NCBI GenBank assembly: GCA_020056305.1
Contig: JAGVIA010000034.1
Span: 1 to 32,000 of the forward strand
Source of the DNA: an archaeon
GTDB taxonomy: Archaea > Micrarchaeota > Micrarchaeia > Anstonellales > Anstonellaceae
Direction of reading: 5' to 3'
Length of the DNA: 32,000 nucleotides
Below the pieces are notes generated by a model. That model saw only the letters and a program-made list of their open reading frames with translations, searched no databases and was not told the DNA's origin. Positions 23,009-31,210 of the stretch are shown piece by piece. A program made the translations under genes and the position numbers. Positions within the stretch are counted from its first letter, which is position 1, and every line of letters begins with the position of its first letter.

Positions 23009-24556
23009 ATGGCGTCATCGCAAGCGATAGTGAGCGTCTGGGACAAGACCGGGGTTGCCGACTTTTGTAGGGTGCTTGCCAAGTGCGGCTATAATATAAT
23101 ATCAAGCGGAGGCACTGCCAAGGCGCTAACGGATGCGGGAATCGCGGTCACCGAGGTGTCGGATTACACTGGCTTTCCGGAGATGTTCGGCGGCCGCGTA
23201 AAGACACTGCACCCGAAAATAGCAGGCGGCATCCTCTATGACCGCAAAAGGGATGCAAAAGAGGCAAAGCAGCAGAAAATCGAGCCTATTGACATTGTCG
23301 TCGTGAATTTCTATCCCTTTGAGCAAGTTGCTGCCAAGGGCGCGGGCATCGGTGAGCTTATCGAGAACATCGATATAGGCGGGCCGAGCATGGTGCGCGC
23401 CGCTGCAAAGAATTTTCAGCATGTCGCAGTTATTGTCAGGCCTGAGGATTATGCAAAAGTGGCTTCAGAGCTTGAGAAGACTGGCAAGATATCTGAAAAA
23501 ACCCGCTTCGAGCTTGCAAAAAAGGCATTTGAACGCATTGCGCACTATGATGCCATAATTTCAGATGCGTTGTCAAACATAGAGCAAAAAGATGAATTCC
23601 CGGATAAAATCACGCTTCGCTTTGAGAAGGCATATCCGCTACGCTACGGCGAAAATCCGCACCAAAAGGCTGCGGCATACCGGATAGCTGGCAGGGTTTC
23701 CATATTTGACGCAAGGATATTTTCCGGCAAGCAGATGTCATACAACAACTTTTTGGATGCGGACTCTGCGCTTTCGCTCATTTTGGAATTCCCGTCTGAT
23801 ACGCCGGCGTGCGCAATAATAAAGCACAACAACCCGTGCGGCGGTGCGACTGCCCCTACATTGCAGGAAGCATATGTGAATGCTCGCGCAACAGACCCGA
23901 TTGCGGCATATGGAAGCATCATCGCATTCAACCAGAAGCTGGATGCAAAAACTGCAGCGGCAATGGGCGACAAGTTCATCGAGGTCATACTTGCGCCAGG
24001 GTATGAGCCTGAAGCCCTTGAAGTCCTAAAGCGCCGCCCAAGCAGGAGAATACTTGACGTGTCCGACCTTTTTGCGGTTGCAAACATGCGCCGCGTGAAT
24101 TTCCGCACCATAACCGGCGGCATGCTCTATCAGGATGAGGACAGGGAAGTGTATGATGAAATTGCAGCCAAAGCAGTAAGCAGGCGGACGCCTTGCAAAG
24201 ATGAGATGGCATCCATGCACTTTGCGATGAAATTTGCCAAGCACACCAAGTCAAACGCAGTCATAATTGCACGAGGCACGCAACTTATTGGCGTTGGCGC
24301 AGGGCAGATGAGCCGCATTGATTCCACCCGGATTGCGATAAAGAAGGCAACTGACAACGGCTTTGACACAAAAGGCGCGGTTTGCGCGTCAGATGCGTTC
24401 CTCCCGTTTCCGGACGTGCTAGAAAAGCTTGCGGACGCGGGCATAATCGCCCTTGCGCAGCCGGGCGGCTCAAAAAACGATGCCGAAGTGATAAAGGCTG
24501 CGGATGCGCGCGGCGTTTCGATGATATTCACGGGCTTGCGGCACTTCAGGCACTGA
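23009..24556 (+). CDS. purH: bifunctional AICAR transformylase / IMP cyclohydrolase
   Basis: SVWDKTGVADF...GGTAKAL...V.EVSDYTGFPEMFGGRVKTLHPKIAGGIL is the MGS-like IMPCH domain. The C-terminal AICARFT domain has KHNNPCG and ASDAFLPF. The start is set at the ATG at 23009. TTAATT at 22984-89 lies about 20-25 nt upstream, so the transcript is probably leaderless. Confidence 0.9.
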   Translation: MASSQAIVSVWDKTGVADFCRVLAKCGYNIISSGGTAKALTDAGIAVTEVSDYTGFPEMFGGRVKTLHPKIAGGILYDRKRDAKEAKQQKIEPIDIVVVNFYPFEQVAAKGAGIGELIENIDIGGPSMVRAAAKNFQHVAVIVRPEDYAKVASELEKTGKISEKTRFELAKKAFERIAHYDAIISDALSNIEQKDEFPDKITLRFEKAYPLRYGENPHQKAAAYRIAGRVSIFDARIFSGKQMSYNNFLDADSALSLILEFPSDTPACAIIKHNNPCGGATAPTLQEAYVNARATDPIAAYGSIIAFNQKLDAKTAAAMGDKFIEVILAPGYEPEALEVLKRRPSRRILDVSDLFAVANMRRVNFRTITGGMLYQDEDREVYDEIAAKAVSRRTPCKDEMASMHFAMKFAKHTKSNAVIIARGTQLIGVGAGQMSRIDSTRIAIKKATDNGFDTKGAVCASDAFLPFPDVLEKLADAGIIALAQPGGSKNDAEVIKAADARGVSMIFTGLRHFRH

Positions 24557-24569
24557 TTGGCGGGTTTTG

Positions 24570-25061
24570 ATGGAAAAGAAAGCTGCTGTTTTCATCGGAA
24601 GGTTCCAGCCATTGCACAAGGGGCATCTTTTTGCAATTAAGAAAATAGCCAAAAGGCACAAGGCGCTCTATATAGTAATCGGAAGCGCGCAAAAAAAGAA
24701 TGAGCCAGAAAATCCATTCAGCCTGCGCCAGCGGAAAAAAATGCTGCTGCTGGAATTGCAGCCGATTGCGCAAAAAATGAAGGCGAAATTCCAGATATTC
24801 GCGCTCAATGACAATCCAAGCAACGCGCGGTGGCTGGATGATTTTTTCAAGGCTGTGCCAAAATTCGGCGTTGCGTATTCCAATAATCCGCTTGTGAGAA
24901 AGCTGCTTCGCTCAAGAGGCGTTGTTGTGCGCGGGACCGGCAGCCAAAAACGCTCGATTTACCAAGGGAAACGCATCCGCGGCAAAATGCTTGCCGGGAA
25001 AAAATGGCAGGATTGCATTCCGGAAAAGATTGTGGCTTACGTCCGCATGGAAGCCAGATAA
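24570..25061 (+). CDS. nadM: nicotinamide-nucleotide adenylyltransferase, archaeal NadM type
   Basis: FIGRFQPLHKGHLFAIKKIA....LYIVIGSAQKKNEPENPFS..QRKKML and NNPLVR..L align with M. jannaschii NMNAT ([20 protein letters not shown]...[21 protein letters not shown]). Its stop lies 1 nt from the stop of the convergent giant gene. Confidence 0.9.
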   Translation: MEKKAAVFIGRFQPLHKGHLFAIKKIAKRHKALYIVIGSAQKKNEPENPFSLRQRKKMLLLELQPIAQKMKAKFQIFALNDNPSNARWLDDFFKAVPKFGVAYSNNPLVRKLLRSRGVVVRGTGSQKRSIYQGKRIRGKMLAGKKWQDCIPEKIVAYVRMEAR

Positions 25062-25062
25062 T

Positions 25063-28011
25063 TCACGCTCCAGTTGCAATGCAAAAGTTATTGTTGCACC
25101 GTGCCAACGATCCGCAATCAGCATGTATCGTGCACGGCAGTCTGCATGCGTCAGTATTCGTGGCGGAATCATGGTGACAGATTAGGGGTGCGGGGCAATC
25201 AGCGGGCCCTGCGCATGGCCTGACGCAGTTCGAGTCTTGGTTTATGTATTGAGCATTGCAAGGATGTGGCGGAGTGCCGAAAACCCTCATGGGGTAATAT
25301 GCGCATCTCATCGTGCCAGCATAATTCGCGCATACCCCGTTGCAGCAGTCCGAATTGCCACTGCACGTTCCAGGGAAAGACTTGCATTTTGTGCAGCCAT
25401 TGTTCCATCCACAGACGCCCGATGCGCACTCGCTGCTCCATTCACCTGGATTCGTACATGCGGGTGCCGCAGGGGTTACTCCAGAGAACGTGACGAGTCC
25501 GGCAGGATTGCACACAGTGCATTCCGCATAAGGCATGGAACTAATGCTGTATTCCACATCCAGGTTGAAGCCCATGCCGCCGCGGCAGAAATCCCCCGCA
25601 TCGATCTGTATGGTATTGACTGCTCCAAATCCATGATTCACATATGGGGTGATGTCATAAGGTCCGATGTAACAGTTTTGGCATAATGGCCCCCTGCCGC
25701 AGCTGTCAAATACGCGTAGCTGGTCATTTACATATACTCCGCCATAGTCGTCTACATTGATGTTCTTCAGCTTGACAGTCGTAAGCCTTATGGTTGGTGC
25801 GCTCGTTATTGTGAATTTGTATGCAGCATATGGCGCCCATGCTGTACCTCCCCAAACGTGAGTGGTTGTTGTGCAACAGCCGCATGTTCCTGCGTTGCAA
25901 ACATAAATAGATGGAACGCAGCAGTCGCTATTCCCGTTCGGGCAGCCACCGCCGCTTCCGGAACAGCAATTCAATGCAAACGTCGCAAGGTTGTTCGCCT
26001 CGCTGATTTCATTCTGTATCACATTTGGGTTGTCAGCATTCGCCCGTATTGTCTTCGGGCCGGGCGTTGTGCAGACTGCTAAAACTCCGGTGTTTGGCGC
26101 AGATGCGCCTGCCGCAAGCGCCACAACGGAGATAGGATAGCTTGCCTGCAAGTTGAAAGTCATCCCAGAGCTTGCCGAATCAACAAGTGTGGTGGATGCA
26201 GGCGCACCGCCATCCCCATCATTGGACGTTCCGACATTCAGGGCAAACGCATTCCCAACTACTTGGGTGGAGCTAGGCAGCGGCCCCACAAAACTTGCAA
26301 CCATGTCTGGCATTGCAGGCTCAATACATTCGAATGATGCGCTCCAATCCGCGTTGTTCCCCTCGTTTTCTTCAACATTATTCTCAGATGAATCGGCAAT
26401 AAGGCTCAATGTGTAGCTTCCTGCGGTGCTTGGGCACCTGACAGCATAAATCCATCCGCCGTCATCCCCACCTGCGGGTATTTCCATGTTCACAAAATGG
26501 TTCGCCTGCGTCTCTCCGTCCAGCAGCACGCCCGTATAGGACGGTTCCGATGCGCCATATCCGATGTTTCGCGTGTAAATAGTAGCTTCAAATTCCGAAT
26601 TCACTTCATGTTGGATGCTAAAATCCCCGGTTGCGTCTGCCACAAGGTCGGGCTGCGTTGTCAGAATGCATTCGAACGGGTATGCCTGGATGTTGTTTGC
26701 CTCGTTGCCCCCCTCATTCACCCGATCAACCCCGCCTGCATTTGCAGTAATCGTTAGTTCATGCGGCCCGGCATCTCCGCACTGCATTCTAACTTGTTGT
26801 GCAAACGACTCTGGGGACGGCAGCTCCTGCACGGTGAAGGGATTTTCAAGCACATCATCATTGCTATCAAGCAATTCGACCGGCATTCCATCAACATCTA
26901 TGCGCGTTTGCGACGGCCCTGCATCGCCCGGGCCATTGTTGCGTGTCAGAATCGTAATTTCAAAAAGTGAGCCGGCAGGATGCCCTCCGACCACGTCCCC
27001 TTGCAAATATGCCTCGAGGTCAGGGAATAGCTGCGGTGGCATCTCACACACACCCTCCAAATTGCAAACATAGCCAATGCAGCAGTCATGATCATTCTGG
27101 CAGTCGATGTCGCTGCCAGGAAGTATGCAGCAGAATTCATTTCCGTTTGCATCAGATTCGCAAGCCTGCCCGCCGCAGCATTTGTTGGCTTCTGGGTCAG
27201 GGTCGCAGGGATTCCGCGCAGACAAGCAAGATTGGCACGTGCCCAACACTGCATCGCAAACCAGCGTGCCCGAAGGGCAGCAGTCCGGACTATCTGGGTC
27301 ACATTCATAGTCGATGCCCCCGTATGGCACGCACTGCCCGTAATCCTGCAAATTCTCATCTGTTTGGCATGCAGTGCAGGAAGAAACAAAGCAGTCGCAA
27401 TCAGGGCAATAGTTGTCAGAATTCCAGTCGCACGTCTCTCCATAGTCGCACTGTCTGTTTCCGCAGTGCTCGCAAATATTGTTCAGGCAGACCTTGGGAG
27501 TGCAGCATATCCCCTCCCCGCAGGCAGCGCACCCTTCCTGCTCCTGCGCACTGCACCTTCCAAACAGATTCACAGTTCCTGTTTCAGTGCGCTCTGCGCC
27601 ATCGATGCCAAGATAGGTTATTGTGACCTGATGCTCATAATTGCCGCCGGGCTGGCAGGGCAGCCCGGTGTCAAAGACAAGAGTCTTGCGGCTGCCGGGC
27701 GCAAACAGCTCGCCAGTTGGCCCTCCAGACACAAGATTTGCCTGCTTTCCGTCAAGCGCCATTGATTTGAAGCGCAATCTGTCCTCTCCAGTGTTCTGCA
27801 AAACAGCAACAAAGCCGCCTGCAGGCGTTTTGGTGTGCTCCAGCATGCCAAACGGGTTTGCGTTGCCTTTCCAGTACGTGTCGCTGTGCGTGTATTTTGT
27901 TTCCGCACTAAGCCCCGGCACGTCAAGGAGCGCACCTGCGACGGCAAGCACAATGATAAGCACAACTGCAAGGAGAATGGTATATTCAGTTGCCGTCACG
28001 CCGCGCATCAT
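25063..28011 (-). CDS. giant secreted cysteine-rich protein A (982 aa): class III/prepilin-like signal + pilin-like N-domain + knottin-like Cys modules + 3 CARDB-like domains + PA14-like beta domain + C-terminal Cys modules
   Basis: The N-terminus is MMRG|VTATEYTILLAVVLIIVLAVAG (basic-Gly, Glu at +5, hydrophobic helix). Residues 34-152 are homologous to protein B. I hand-counted 74 Cys. C-C-CC-C-C units lie at aa 227-259, 262-294, 295-322, 683-710 and 876-903. CGNRQCDYGETCDWNSDNYCPDC lies at aa 183-205. CARDB-like units start at PDLEAYL (330), PDLVADA (454) and PDMVASF (568), each ending ..N.(V/I).E..E.NN. At aa ~715-830, YKFTITS...NVDDYGGVYVNDQLRVFD resembles PA14. Confidence 0.85.
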   Translation of the reverse strand: MMRGVTATEYTILLAVVLIIVLAVAGALLDVPGLSAETKYTHSDTYWKGNANPFGMLEHTKTPAGGFVAVLQNTGEDRLRFKSMALDGKQANLVSGGPTGELFAPGSRKTLVFDTGLPCQPGGNYEHQVTITYLGIDGAERTETGTVNLFGRCSAQEQEGCAACGEGICCTPKVCLNNICEHCGNRQCDYGETCDWNSDNYCPDCDCFVSSCTACQTDENLQDYGQCVPYGGIDYECDPDSPDCCPSGTLVCDAVLGTCQSCLSARNPCDPDPEANKCCGGQACESDANGNEFCCILPGSDIDCQNDHDCCIGYVCNLEGVCEMPPQLFPDLEAYLQGDVVGGHPAGSLFEITILTRNNGPGDAGPSQTRIDVDGMPVELLDSNDDVLENPFTVQELPSPESFAQQVRMQCGDAGPHELTITANAGGVDRVNEGGNEANNIQAYPFECILTTQPDLVADATGDFSIQHEVNSEFEATIYTRNIGYGASEPSYTGVLLDGETQANHFVNMEIPAGGDDGGWIYAVRCPSTAGSYTLSLIADSSENNVEENEGNNADWSASFECIEPAMPDMVASFVGPLPSSTQVVGNAFALNVGTSNDGDGGAPASTTLVDSASSGMTFNLQASYPISVVALAAGASAPNTGVLAVCTTPGPKTIRANADNPNVIQNEISEANNLATFALNCCSGSGGGCPNGNSDCCVPSIYVCNAGTCGCCTTTTHVWGGTAWAPYAAYKFTITSAPTIRLTTVKLKNINVDDYGGVYVNDQLRVFDSCGRGPLCQNCYIGPYDITPYVNHGFGAVNTIQIDAGDFCRGGMGFNLDVEYSISSMPYAECTVCNPAGLVTFSGVTPAAPACTNPGEWSSECASGVCGWNNGCTKCKSFPGTCSGNSDCCNGVCANYAGTMRCAYYPMRVFGTPPHPCNAQYINQDSNCVRPCAGPADCPAPLICHHDSATNTDACRLPCTIHADCGSLARCNNNFCIATGA

Positions 28012-28032
28012 CAGTTAGGCTTCAAAAACAAA

Positions 28033-28040
28033 GTTTATAA
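28033..28040 (-). promoter_or_regulatory. TATA box of protein A gene (TTATAAAC on minus strand)
   Basis: It lies 22 nt upstream of the first ATG (28011) with no SD in between, which implies a leaderless or very short leader mRNA. The same box and spacer are duplicated upstream of protein B. Confidence 0.55.
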
Positions 28041-28160
28041 GGAAAATGGCACTGCACTTGCGCGGGCTCTTTTCCTCCAGCAGTGTTCTTATCTGAAAAA
28101 TATCGGCGCGGGGCGCAATGTCCTGCTAAAAAAATTGCCTTGATGCGTGGGCTGTTGACC

Positions 28161-31058
28161 CTATTGCCCCGTTATTACCAAGGTTGGGACATAGCGGTCC
28201 GTAGTGGTGCCATCCCCAAGCTGGCTATAGTCATTTTGTCCCCAGCATAACGCCTTATCGTCTTCCCGTATGGCACACGTATGATGACCTCCGGCGCTTA
28301 TGGCAGTATATGTGTCGTCCCCGGCAATGGGCGTGGGCACCAGCCTGTCCGTGCCAGATGTGTCATCCCCAATCTGGCCGTTGGAATTGTATCCCCAGCA
28401 TAAGACCTTGCCGTCTTCCCGTATGCCGCACACATGTTCACTTCCGGCTCTTATGGCAGTATATGTGTCGTCCCCGGCAATGAGCGTGGGCGTCAAACGA
28501 GCAAAACGGTTGCCATCACCAAGCTCGCCATAGTTGTTGTATCCCCAGCATAAGACCTTGCCGTCTTCCCGTATGCCGCACGTATGCAATGCTCCGGCGC
28601 TTATGGCAGTATATGTGTCGTCCCCGGCAATGAGCGTGGGCGTCAAATGATCAACACGGGTGCCATCGCCCAGCGCGCCAGCGTCATTTAATCCCCAGCA
28701 TAAGACCTTGCCGTCCGAAGCGCGCATACCACATGTATGCTGATATCCGGCGCTTATGGCAGTATATGTGTCGTCCCCGGCAATGAGCGTGGGCACCAGC
28801 CTGTTCGTGCCAGATGTGCCATCACCAATCTGGCCGGCATGATTGTCTCCCCAGCATAAGACCTTGCCGTCTTCCCGTATGCCGCACGTATGATAACTTC
28901 CGGTGCTTATGGCAGTATATGTATAGTCCCCGGCAATGAGCGTGGGCGTCAATTTATGGACAGTGGTGCCATCACCAATCTGGCCGGCGCCATTTAATCC
29001 CCAGCATAAGACCTTGCCGTCTTCCCGTATGCCGCACGTATGATAACCTCCGGCGCTTATTTCACTATACGCTGCACTGCATTGCTGGTTTGAATTGCAG
29101 AAGAAATAGGAGCAGCACTCATTGCCTGTTGGGCAGGATGCGCCCTCTTCTGTTAGGCAGAGTGTGCATGCAGGAGAGCCTTCACTGAGATCGCACCAGT
29201 AACCGTCGCAGCATATATCACCACCACAGGAGATGGGGTTGCAGTCCTGCGCGCAGTTCGCGCAGCTCTCGCCAGAATCACAGATTTCATTGCCGCAGGC
29301 GGATGCCATGTCCATGCATAGGAACGACTCGTCCACCAAAGACCATGCACAAATCAGCCCCTGCTCCGCGCAGCAGTTTGCCGAGTTGCCATCTTCACAG
29401 CTGATGCCCTGCCCTTTGCAGTTGCTTATGATATTCCAAGGTGCGCGGTTGTTTCCTGTGTTTGGTTCGGGCACCACGCTAGCGCCGTCGGCATAATTGA
29501 CATATGCAACAAGCGCAACCTCTTCTGTTGCACCGGAAACTGACGGGCATGTTGTTTCGACATCCCAGCTCAATGATTCGCCCGGCCTAATGACGTCGAA
29601 GGGGGAGAGTTCGCGCATGGACATCTCAGTGCCCTCCGCATCAATCCTGAGGAGGCGAACAGGATAGTGAAACCCATCCCGGTTGAAAATGCCAGTCCCT
29701 ATGTTTGTTGCGGTTATTGTCATGATGATGGGATCACCGGAAAAGCATGAGACTGTACCTAAAAGAGAAACCTCAAGGTCAGGCGTGCCGCCCTCGCAGA
29801 GGTGGGATATTACATTGCATATCATGCCTTGTCCCGGGCAGCAGGGGTGGCCGACATTGCACGAATTGCCTTCGAGCCCGCAATCACCACCGGCGGGGGG
29901 AAGGAATGGCGGAGCGCATTTTTGGCCTAAGTCATCGACATCCAGGCACGTCATGCCAGGATATCCGCAGCATTGCGCGGGCAAATCGCACGCGGCGCCC
30001 TGCACCGTGCAGATCTGGCACTTGTTGGTATCACGATTGCAGGAAAATCCAGTGGTCTCGCTGCAGCAGTCGTTATCATTTGCGCAGTCGCCGCCCGGTG
30101 CAGATGGGCATGCTGCGCATCGCCTGATGGGACTGTTGGAATTGCAAATGAGGCTGCCGCAGCAGTCGTTATTGCCTCCACAGCTATTGCCTGCCGCTTT
30201 GCAGCAGAGCGCAGGTTCGCCCTCGCTCTTGCTTTCGCACCTGCCAGTGCAGCAGCTTATAGGGTTGCTGATGCTGCAGGACTCCCCGAGCAGCAAACAA
30301 ATATCAATCTCTGCCGTACAGGTCTCGCCTTCGTAACAGTCCAATCCTTCGCAGCAGTTTCCATCCGCGTCGCATTCCTGCCCCTGCGCCGGCAAGGTGT
30401 CGCATGTTCCGGTTAGCGTATTGCACGACTGGCATGCCTCCACGCAGCAGTCATTTGTCGCGGCAGGGCAGGCATCGCAAAGCTCGTCGCAGATGCCGTT
30501 GCCGCACGTCGTGCAGAAGAAGCCATTTTCATCTTCCCCGCAGACATTCGGGGTGCAGCAAGTCACGCCGCCCCCGCATCGCAGGCATCCTTCCGGAACC
30601 TCTGCCAAGCACTGCCCATAAATGGGCACGCCACCGGTCTGGGTGTGCGGCGTCCCCTGCGCATCCTGATAGCCAAACACCACGCTGTGTTCGTAGTAGG
30701 TGCTTCCCGGCGGGCATATGCTGGCATCTGTCAAAGAGAGCGCTTTCCTGCTGCCCGGCGCAAGAAGCACGCCATCGCCCGAAATGGCAAGGCGCTCGCC
30801 ATCAAGGCGTATCTCAGTGACCTTTATCCTGCCAGTGCCCGTGTTCTGGAGCACGCCTGTGAAAACGCCCGGCGCCTCCGTATGCTCGAGCAGGGCAACC
30901 GGATCCGCATCGTTTTTCCAGTACGAGTTGCTCTGCGCGTATTTTGTATCAGAAGCAATTCCCGGCACGTCAAGGAGCGCACCTGCGACGGCAAGCACAA
31001 TCACGAGAACAACTGCAAGAAGGATGGTATATTCAGTGGAAGTTACGCCGCGCATCAT
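28161..31058 (-). CDS. giant secreted cysteine-rich protein B (965 aa): class III/prepilin-like signal + pilin-like N-domain + >=8 knottin-like Cys modules + 1 CARDB-like domain + six RCC1 repeats
   Basis: The N-terminus is MMRG|VTSTEYTILLAVVLVIVLAVAG. I hand-counted 88 Cys. C-C-CC-C-C units lie at aa 219-247, 254-285, 286-314, 317-347, 350-381, 393-421, 547-581 and 634-660. CGNGICDELCDAC lies at 185 and CGNEICDSGESCANCAQDC at 588. The CARDB-like domain covers aa ~425-547. In aa 664-965 the unit (Y/H)HTCGIREDGKVLCWG.N..GQ(I/L)GDGT......PT.I is repeated six times, which is the RCC1/BLIP-II blade signature. Confidence 0.85.
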   Translation of the reverse strand: MMRGVTSTEYTILLAVVLVIVLAVAGALLDVPGIASDTKYAQSNSYWKNDADPVALLEHTEAPGVFTGVLQNTGTGRIKVTEIRLDGERLAISGDGVLLAPGSRKALSLTDASICPPGSTYYEHSVVFGYQDAQGTPHTQTGGVPIYGQCLAEVPEGCLRCGGGVTCCTPNVCGEDENGFFCTTCGNGICDELCDACPAATNDCCVEACQSCNTLTGTCDTLPAQGQECDADGNCCEGLDCYEGETCTAEIDICLLLGESCSISNPISCCTGRCESKSEGEPALCCKAAGNSCGGNNDCCGSLICNSNSPIRRCAACPSAPGGDCANDNDCCSETTGFSCNRDTNKCQICTVQGAACDLPAQCCGYPGMTCLDVDDLGQKCAPPFLPPAGGDCGLEGNSCNVGHPCCPGQGMICNVISHLCEGGTPDLEVSLLGTVSCFSGDPIIMTITATNIGTGIFNRDGFHYPVRLLRIDAEGTEMSMRELSPFDVIRPGESLSWDVETTCPSVSGATEEVALVAYVNYADGASVVPEPNTGNNRAPWNIISNCKGQGISCEDGNSANCCAEQGLICAWSLVDESFLCMDMASACGNEICDSGESCANCAQDCNPISCGGDICCDGYWCDLSEGSPACTLCLTEEGASCPTGNECCSYFFCNSNQQCSAAYSEISAGGYHTCGIREDGKVLCWGLNGAGQIGDGTTVHKLTPTLIAGDYTYTAISTGSYHTCGIREDGKVLCWGDNHAGQIGDGTSGTNRLVPTLIAGDDTYTAISAGYQHTCGMRASDGKVLCWGLNDAGALGDGTRVDHLTPTLIAGDDTYTAISAGALHTCGIREDGKVLCWGYNNYGELGDGNRFARLTPTLIAGDDTYTAIRAGSEHVCGIREDGKVLCWGYNSNGQIGDDTSGTDRLVPTPIAGDDTYTAISAGGHHTCAIREDDKALCWGQNDYSQLGDGTTTDRYVPTLVITGQ
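28164..29069 (-). repeat. six tandem ~150-153-nt intragenic repeats encoding the RCC1 blades
   Basis: The anchor string CCGG(C/T)(G/T)CTTATGGCAGTATATGT recurs on the plus strand at 28291, 28444, 28594, 28747 and 28900, with a degenerate copy at 29050 (spacing 150 or 153 nt). Long identical stretches such as CCCCAGCATAAGACCTTGCCGTCTTCCCGTATGCCGCAC occur in several units. Confidence 0.85.
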
Positions 31059-31079
31059 CAGTTAGGCTTCAAAAAGAAA

Positions 31080-31087
31080 GTTTATAA
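31080..31087 (-). promoter_or_regulatory. TATA box of protein B gene (TTATAAAC on minus strand)
   Basis: The position (22 nt from the ATG at 31058) and flanks (CAGTTAGGCTTCAAAAA.AAAGTTTATAA) are the same as upstream of protein A. Confidence 0.55.
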
Positions 31088-31210
31088 AGCGAATGCCGGC
31101 ATGTTTGGGTTGAGGCGCCAAAAGCGTGTTCCGGGCGTCGCTTGGGGCAAACGCATGCAACATACTCTTTTTTATATGTTCTATAACTCATTATACTTCA
31201 GGTGTTTTCT

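Noticed and set aside
26615-27765. Several 150-225-aa plus-strand ORFs inside the protein A gene (26615, 26967, 27088)
   Set aside because: They are mutually overlapping, in different frames, and antisense to a 982-aa ORF with coherent domain structure. Their translations are Arg/Ser/Ala-rich and low-complexity.
28164-29069. CRISPR-like periodic repeats
   Set aside because: The period (~150 nt) is in frame and lies inside a long ORF. The 'spacers' are as conserved as the 'repeats'. It encodes RCC1 blades, not a CRISPR array.
29683-30820. Plus-strand ORFs of 126-217 aa inside the protein B gene
   Set aside because: The reasoning is the same: they are antisense shadows of the Cys-rich coding region, since GCA/GCC-rich complements avoid stops.
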